Source of the DNA: Bacteroidaceae bacterium
GTDB lineage: Bacteria > Bacteroidota > Bacteroidia > Bacteroidales > Bacteroidaceae
Direction of reading: 5' to 3'
Length of the DNA stretch: 64,000 nucleotides
Assembly: GCA_017509605.1 (NCBI GenBank)
Contig: JAFWPH010000068.1
Location: 1 to 64,000, forward strand
Part shown: piece by piece, positions 58,507 through 64,000 of the stretch
How the letters are laid out: each line of letters begins with the position of its first letter
How positions within the stretch are numbered: the stretch's first letter is position 1
Made by a program: the position numbers and the translations under genes
Notes under the pieces: generated by a model
What the model saw: only the letters and a program-made list of their open reading frames with translations
Told to the model about the DNA's origin: nothing
Database searches by the model: none

Positions 58507-61056
58507 CTACTTAAGCAGATTGGCAATAGTGGCCACCACGGCGGCGATGGATGCTGACGATGAACCTATGGACAGCATCTCTGCCGTGGACATGCGGTTC
58601 TTTGTTTCCTTTGATGGTACCACAATCTCACATCCTGGTTCTATGTCTTTGGCTCGGTTGTGTCTGATGAGTTCCACGGAACCGTTCATATACACAGCAT
58701 AGACACGCGACTTGCGCGCGTTGCTGCCATAACCACCTGCACGCTTGATGTAATAGCTGAGCGACTCGCCTTGCTTGTAGTTGATGGAGTTGGGGTACAT
58801 CACCTCACCGCTGATCTTCACCGTGTTGGAATACTGAGGAACGACAAGGCGGTCGTTTTCGCGGAGCACGATGTTCTCATATCCTGCTGTATCGTTCAAG
58901 GCTGCCTCAAGGTCGATGGCCACAGGGTATGTGTCTCCGAGGTCAAGTTTCAGGTTGAGCAAAGAGTCCTGCAGTTGCAAGTTCATGTTGTTGTTACCCT
59001 GTGATAGACGCAGGCTCTCCTCATAAAGTTGTATCTGCGAGGCGCGGAGGGTGGTTTCTCTTTGGTTTCGCTCCTCCTGTGTCATGCGTCGTTCCAGACG
59101 CGCACCCTTGGGATAGGCAAGTTCAGACAGACCACCGGCATCACGGACCAAGTCGGATAGGCGATAGCGCTTGTTGCTCATGGCATAACTACCTTGGAAG
59201 TTCACGGCACCATTCACACTGACGTTCTGCTGTTCGTTGTAAGCAGGACTCTTTCGAATCACCACCTGGTCGAAAGGCTTCAAGGTGAAGACATCACCAC
59301 CCACAATCTCGAAGTCATCGTTGAGAGCGAATGAGAAGGTCTCGGTGAGTTTAGTGTCGTTGACCGTCGATTTGGGATCACGTATTCTTCGATAGACGTT
59401 CACCTGAGCCATCGACGCGGCTTGTGTCAGTCCACCAGCCTGGAGGACAAAGTCCTCGAGTGTGGTGTTTTCGGAAAAGGCGTACACTCCAGGAAAGTTC
59501 ACCTCTCCCTCGATAGTAAGCGTCTGGTCAGAATTCATCTCGGTCATGCTCGGAATAAAGAGGACATCGTTGTTGCGGAGCGGAATGTCTGCCACGGTGC
59601 CGTCAAGTAGCCCCTTGATATCGATGGACTTCGTCTCCAGTGTCATATCTGGCTTTTCACGGTGCATCACAGCGCGGTTGAGGAAGGCGTCCTCTCTCAC
59701 GCCATCAGCTGCCTCAATGAGGTCGCGCACGCTGGAGATGCTGCTGCCAAGTTCGAACTGTCCAGGATGATAGACCGCGCCACGTACTTCAACCAGGTTG
59801 GAGAAACGGGCGACAACCGAATCCACATAAATAGAGTCGCAGTCGCTGAGGTTGAAGCCGTTCATGTCGAACTCCTCGATGGTGTGGATGCTGTATCGGC
59901 TGCCGTTCTTGCGTATGAGCCGCACATTCTTGGTATAGGCATCACCCGTGAAACCACCAGCATATTGCACAATGGTGTTCACGCTCTCGTCTTTCCTCAT
60001 CTCATAGAACATCGGTCGCTTCACCTTACCTCGGATGTTCACCAGACAGTCGTAAGGCCCGACTACCACCACATCATTGTCCTGCAGGCGGATATCACCT
60101 TTGGTGTTGCCATTGAGTATATAGTCATAAACGTCGATAGACGCTATCTCTCTTCCACCACGATAGACTTTGATGTCGCGCAAGGTACCAATGTCACTGA
60201 TGCCTCCAGCTGCATACAAGGCATTGAAAGCCGATGAGAGAGAACTCAGTGAATAGGTTCCAGGAGCGTTGACCTCACCCATCACCTGAACTTGGATGGA
60301 ACGGGTCTCGCCCACACTCAAGCTCACATTACTATCGCTGTAACGACGGCCAAGACGAGAACGGAGAGCCGCAGTGGCCTGAGAAACGGTCAGTCCACCG
60401 AGTTTCACGGGACCTATACCGTCGAGCACCACATATCCGTCAGGAGAGATGGTCTCATCGTAACTCTCTTGTGTTGAACCCCACACATCGATAAACACTT
60501 GGTCGCCTGCGCCAAGCCTGTAATTGGCTGGTGTCGGCATGTTGACATTGGGTTCGAAGGTGAGCATCTGGTTGTTGAAGATGTTGCGTCCAAACACCTC
60601 GCTCTCATCCTTGAAATAGTTCTGGTAATAAAGCAGTGAGTCGATATCAAAAAACTCTAATCCTTGATTGACCTCGTCGAGTCGGTCGTCTCTGCTCACA
60701 CGCCTCTGGTTGATCTTGGTGCGGTCAACCATATAGTTGTTACGGCGCTGGTATTGCTCGCCTTCCTCTTCTCTTCTGGTCCGTGTGCGCACCCTTTGCT
60801 GCCTCTTGTCCTCGCCTGTGAGATCCACCGCACCCATCTGTTCTTGCTGGGCCTGGTATTTCTTTCTGACACGACGCAACTGTTGCATGGTGACACCTTT
60901 CTGCAGGAGTTTGGTGGCAATGGTCTGTTGGTCAACACCTTTCTCCTGTTGTTCAAGTACAAAATCTATCACCTGATTGTCTGTCATGGTCTGTGAGAAC
61001 GACATGTTGCTCACTGAGATGAACAGCAATAACAAGAAAATAATTCTATATCTCAT
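58507..61056 (-). CDS. Polysaccharide export outer-membrane protein (Wza/KpsD-like, Poly_export plus multiple SLBB domains)
   Basis: Signal peptide MRYRIIFLLLLFISVSNMSFSQ, a Poly_export motif YRLGAGDQVFIDVWG, and repeated SLBB-like segments (849 aa). The start was trimmed from 61317 to the signal-peptide ATG. Confidence 0.8.
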   Translation of the reverse strand: MRYRIIFLLLLFISVSNMSFSQTMTDNQVIDFVLEQQEKGVDQQTIATKLLQKGVTMQQLRRVRKKYQAQQEQMGAVDLTGEDKRQQRVRTRTRREEEGEQYQRRNNYMVDRTKINQRRVSRDDRLDEVNQGLEFFDIDSLLYYQNYFKDESEVFGRNIFNNQMLTFEPNVNMPTPANYRLGAGDQVFIDVWGSTQESYDETISPDGYVVLDGIGPVKLGGLTVSQATAALRSRLGRRYSDSNVSLSVGETRSIQVQVMGEVNAPGTYSLSSLSSAFNALYAAGGISDIGTLRDIKVYRGGREIASIDVYDYILNGNTKGDIRLQDNDVVVVGPYDCLVNIRGKVKRPMFYEMRKDESVNTIVQYAGGFTGDAYTKNVRLIRKNGSRYSIHTIEEFDMNGFNLSDCDSIYVDSVVARFSNLVEVRGAVYHPGQFELGSSISSVRDLIEAADGVREDAFLNRAVMHREKPDMTLETKSIDIKGLLDGTVADIPLRNNDVLFIPSMTEMNSDQTLTIEGEVNFPGVYAFSENTTLEDFVLQAGGLTQAASMAQVNVYRRIRDPKSTVNDTKLTETFSFALNDDFEIVGGDVFTLKPFDQVVIRKSPAYNEQQNVSVNGAVNFQGSYAMSNKRYRLSDLVRDAGGLSELAYPKGARLERRMTQEERNQRETTLRASQIQLYEESLRLSQGNNNMNLQLQDSLLNLKLDLGDTYPVAIDLEAALNDTAGYENIVLRENDRLVVPQYSNTVKISGEVMYPNSINYKQGESLSYYIKRAGGYGSNARKSRVYAVYMNGSVELIRHNRAKDIEPGCEIVVPSKETKNRMSTAEMLSIGSSSASIAAVVATIANLLK

Positions 61057-61100
61057 TTGTCCGTTTTTGTTTTCTATTCTCAATATGAATACACAAAATG

Positions 61101-61189
61101 CAAAGTTACGAAAAGTTGAGCGGACAACCAAATTTATTTGAGTTTTTCCGAAACAGAGTAACTTCGGCAAAGCCAAAGTTACGAGAAAA
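61101..61189 (-). promoter_or_regulatory. Two direct repeats CAAAGTTACGA(A/G)AAA (61101-61115 and 61174-61189), each giving a minus-strand TAACTTTG -7 box upstream of the wza-like gene
   Basis: Direct reading of the sequence: the repeats are spaced 73 nt apart inside the 191-nt gap between the GT4 gene and wza. Confidence 0.35.
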
Positions 61190-61247
61190 ATAAGCGAATA
61201 GCCAAAGAAAAAAAGGGGCTCTTTAACACAAGCCAACCATTTCAGGA

Positions 61248-62303
61248 TTATTGCAAATGCGCCACCAGCCCTTCCACCACATGGCCAGGCCGGAACTGCT
61301 GATATTTGTCGATGCACTGCAGCCGCATTCCTTCTATCCTGTCAGAATGAAGGGCGATATCCTCAAGGCTGCCATACAAGGCTTCGAAGGAGCCAAACTC
61401 ATACCCTATACCTGTCTGGCCGTCATCAATCACATCGGAAAAACTCTCCCAGCGTGAGGCCAGCACAGGCAGCCCCGCCGCATATGCATCGATAATGGTG
61501 CCTGGCACTCCCTCTGTGTAGAAGAGTGTGGGGAAAAGCAAGAGGAAATAGTCTTTCAACACTTCTACCGCGGCATCGAAAGGCACTGTCCCTTTGTAGT
61601 GAACCGAAGGAGGGAAACTCTCCTGGAGATGGGCGAACCACTCCTGTTCTGTAGGCCAGACAGGACCGTAGATATCGAGGGTGAACACCTCGCGTCCATG
61701 TTCCACATTGATTTTCTCGACGGCACGGACGGCCTCCTCCATTCCCTTCTGCTGCATCACCCTGGAAAAGGTGCAGAGACGGAACGGCTCATGCCGCTCA
61801 AGGTGTAAACTGCCAGGTGTAATGGGTGTCAGTTCCTTGCAGTTTGGCATCAAGACAGTGTTGTCTATGCCACTTTGGGCTAATTGACGTATCATGGTCG
61901 TAGTCTCGCAATAGATGATGTCAACCGAAGCCCTCAAGCATCTCTTCAACAAGAACTTTGTCCGTACGTACTTAGGCAACCAACCACCGATGACCACATA
62001 GTGGACCTTGCAGCCATGATAGAATAGCCTGAGAAAAGAAAGGATAAAAGTGATGACCCGCACCCCTTTATAAGCGGGAAGGATGACAAGATTGTCACAA
62101 CTGCGCAATGCTTTAGCCAACGCTAAAGGCAATCTAAAAAGGGATTTGACACCTCCACAAGTGTCGATTTTGATGATGCTGTGCTCGCCAAGTTTCTGCT
62201 CAAGCGCATCCGTGATGACCTTTGTCTTGATTGTCTGGCCGTTGAGTTTGTTCTCCCCAAAGGCGAAATGTCCACAGATGCACAGCTTGTGACGTTCACC
62301 CAT
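61248..62303 (-). CDS. Glycosyltransferase family 4 (GT1-fold)
   Basis: C-terminal EGVPGTIIDAYAAGLPVLASR...GQTGIGYEF (an E-x7-E-like retaining-GT motif). Confidence 0.8.
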   Translation of the reverse strand: MGERHKLCICGHFAFGENKLNGQTIKTKVITDALEQKLGEHSIIKIDTCGGVKSLFRLPLALAKALRSCDNLVILPAYKGVRVITFILSFLRLFYHGCKVHYVVIGGWLPKYVRTKFLLKRCLRASVDIIYCETTTMIRQLAQSGIDNTVLMPNCKELTPITPGSLHLERHEPFRLCTFSRVMQQKGMEEAVRAVEKINVEHGREVFTLDIYGPVWPTEQEWFAHLQESFPPSVHYKGTVPFDAAVEVLKDYFLLLFPTLFYTEGVPGTIIDAYAAGLPVLASRWESFSDVIDDGQTGIGYEFGSFEALYGSLEDIALHSDRIEGMRLQCIDKYQQFRPGHVVEGLVAHLQ

Positions 62304-62309
62304 CTTGTT

Positions 62310-63014
62310 TCAGAATTTCTTCCAGCCTACAATGGAAAGGATGGTCTTTCCGATGATTTTCATATCGAGCCACAAAGAACGGTTCTTGAGATAATCGAGA
62401 TCCATGTCCAGTCTTTGCAGCATTTTGTCCATTGTGTCGGTATAACCATTATAAAGAGTTGCCATGGATGTGACGCCAGGACGACTGCAGAAAAGCTGTT
62501 CATAAGCGGGATTCTTTTCCATAATCATGTCGATGAAGAACTTACGTTCAGGCCTGTAGCCCACAAACGACATGTCGCCGACCAAGACATTCCATAATTG
62601 AGGGAGTTCGTCAAGATGGTGTTCGCGGAGCATTTTACCAACCTTCGTGAGACGGCTGTCGTCTTGTTGCGCCAACTGTGGGACACCGTCTTCCTCTGCT
62701 CCTTCAATCATCGTCCGGTACTTGTAAATCTTGAAAGGCTTGCCATGAAGTCCTATTCGCTCCTGGCTATAGATGACAGGACCCTTGCCGTCAATCTTCT
62801 GGATGGCGTAGATGATGACATAAACAGGCGAAAGAATTATCATTCCAAGTAGGGCGCCAACGATATCCACCCCTCTTTTTATGCCCTTTTGGATATCTCC
62901 CATAGCGTCAATATCCGCTGTTTTTTTCACCACGCTCATCTGAGTAGAAGTATTGCTGTTTCTATAACCATCAGTGTATGTTAACGATTTTGCAACCGAT
63001 CGATGATATGCCAT
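62310..63014 (-). CDS. Undecaprenyl-phosphate hexose-1-phosphate transferase (WbaP/WcaJ-like bacterial sugar transferase)
   Basis: TM helix, then GKPFKIYKYRTM...LDELPQLWNVLVGDMSFVGYRPE, which is the signature of the Bac_transf family. Confidence 0.85.
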   Translation of the reverse strand: MAYHRSVAKSLTYTDGYRNSNTSTQMSVVKKTADIDAMGDIQKGIKRGVDIVGALLGMIILSPVYVIIYAIQKIDGKGPVIYSQERIGLHGKPFKIYKYRTMIEGAEEDGVPQLAQQDDSRLTKVGKMLREHHLDELPQLWNVLVGDMSFVGYRPERKFFIDMIMEKNPAYEQLFCSRPGVTSMATLYNGYTDTMDKMLQRLDMDLDYLKNRSLWLDMKIIGKTILSIVGWKKF

Positions 63015-63548
63015 ATTGTTATTATCTTATCTTCAAAGCGAAGCGCTCTTTTTGGTAATTCTACAATATTGTTACTTATATAACGAAGCAACTTTGCATT
63101 TATTGTGAATTTTTGGAGAACTTTACGCTTTTTATTCCACAAAATTACAGCAACAGGACCTTGATTCTCACACACCACAAAAATAATAATCATCGAAACA
63201 ACCGATTGTTCCTCTGATTATTCTCTTTTTGTTAACGTGCGCAAGGACTCCAGCCCGTATCGCACTGCAAAATTACAAAAAAATCCACACATAACTGCAT
63301 TTCATCAGAAATAAATGCTTTTTTAACAAAATCAAAAGAATGTTTTCAAGCATATTGTGTCAAAACCTCGAAAAAGACACAAGCAATGATTGCCAAAAGG
63401 GAAGCAACATTTCTCAACACAGGCTGACACACGATGTCATTTTGACTGAACAATCTGCCAAGATGACACTTATTCTTGGTTGGAACAATTATTGAAGGGA
63501 TTTGAGCAGAAGCAAAAATCACGAAAATAACAGAAAGGAGAACGAGAT

Positions 63549-64000
63549 ATGAATTTCAACAACTTTACCATCAAAGCACAAGAAGCCATACAAGAAGCGG
63601 TGAACCTGGTGCAGGCCAACGGTCAGCAAGCCATAGAACCCGCCCATCTGATGGCAGGCATACTGAAAGTGGGCGAGAATGTCACCAACTTCATCTTCCA
63701 GAAACTGGGACTGGACGGAAGTCGCATCCAGCGTCTGATCGAGAGCGAGGCGGCATCCTACCCCCGCGTATCAGGTGGAGAGCCCTATCTGAGCCGTGAA
63801 ACCAACGAGGTGGTACTCCAAGCCACCAACATCTCCAAACAACTGGGCGATGAGTACGTGTCGATTGAACCGATGCTGATAGCCCTGCTGAAAGTCAACT
63901 CACCCGTTTCGAGAATCCTTCACGACGCTGGCATGAACGAAAACGACCTTCTCAAGGCCATCAACGAACTGCGCAAGGGAGAGAGCGTGAAAAGCCAGTC
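63549..64000 (+). CDS. clpB: ClpB chaperone, N-terminal part; the gene continues beyond the window
   Basis: Clp_N repeat (MNFNNFTIKAQEAIQEAVNLVQANGQQAIEPAHLMAGIL...); no stop before the window end. Confidence 0.85.
   Translation, partial: MNFNNFTIKAQEAIQEAVNLVQANGQQAIEPAHLMAGILKVGENVTNFIFQKLGLDGSRIQRLIESEAASYPRVSGGEPYLSRETNEVVLQATNISKQLGDEYVSIEPMLIALLKVNSPVSRILHDAGMNENDLLKAINELRKGESVKSQ

Overview
This 64-kb window is a chromosomal segment from a Bacteroidota genome, most likely Prevotella-like. I infer that from LL-DAP aminotransferase DapL, type-III glutamine synthetase, recurrent TAnnTTTG -7 promoter boxes and a T9SS-like C-terminal tail. Gene content, left to right: a partial O-acyltransferase and a first Wzc-like BY kinase; an SSF symporter, flotillin/NfeD and a FetAB-like ABC pair; an SDR and ogt. 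Next comes a co-directional 14-kb run of glutamine-dependent amidotransferases (purF, asnB, an N-terminal-half carB, carA, pyrG, gltD, gltB), then an OMP-amtB-glnK unit and dapF-dapL-glnA(GSIII). After that: blaI/blaR-TonB; nif3, a zinc-ribbon protein, an ABC-F ATPase and engB; a secreted PI-PLC homolog; and tRNA-Thr(CGU). Next is an unusual module (LMW-PTP, DUF5686-like OM protein, small HAD-like phosphatase, second Wzc-like kinase) that is 3.5 kb from a mosaic-orientation capsule/EPS locus, and I rank that module as the best candidate for an undescribed system. The capsule/EPS locus itself is separated from it by zapB-like/zapA/rny and contains Wzi-like, C5-epimerase-like, two GT2, Wzz, Wzy, Wzx, Wza, GT4 and a WbaP-like transferase. 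The window ends with the 5' end of clpB. Non-coding signals seen by eye are listed as features: several rho-independent terminators, a 45-bp triple-repeat element present twice in inverted orientation, a promoter-fed 100-nt structured element upstream of ogt, hexanucleotide (Gly-Tyr)n microsatellites in both wzc tails, and candidate operator palindromes. No CRISPR arrays, rRNA genes, integrases or transposases were seen.
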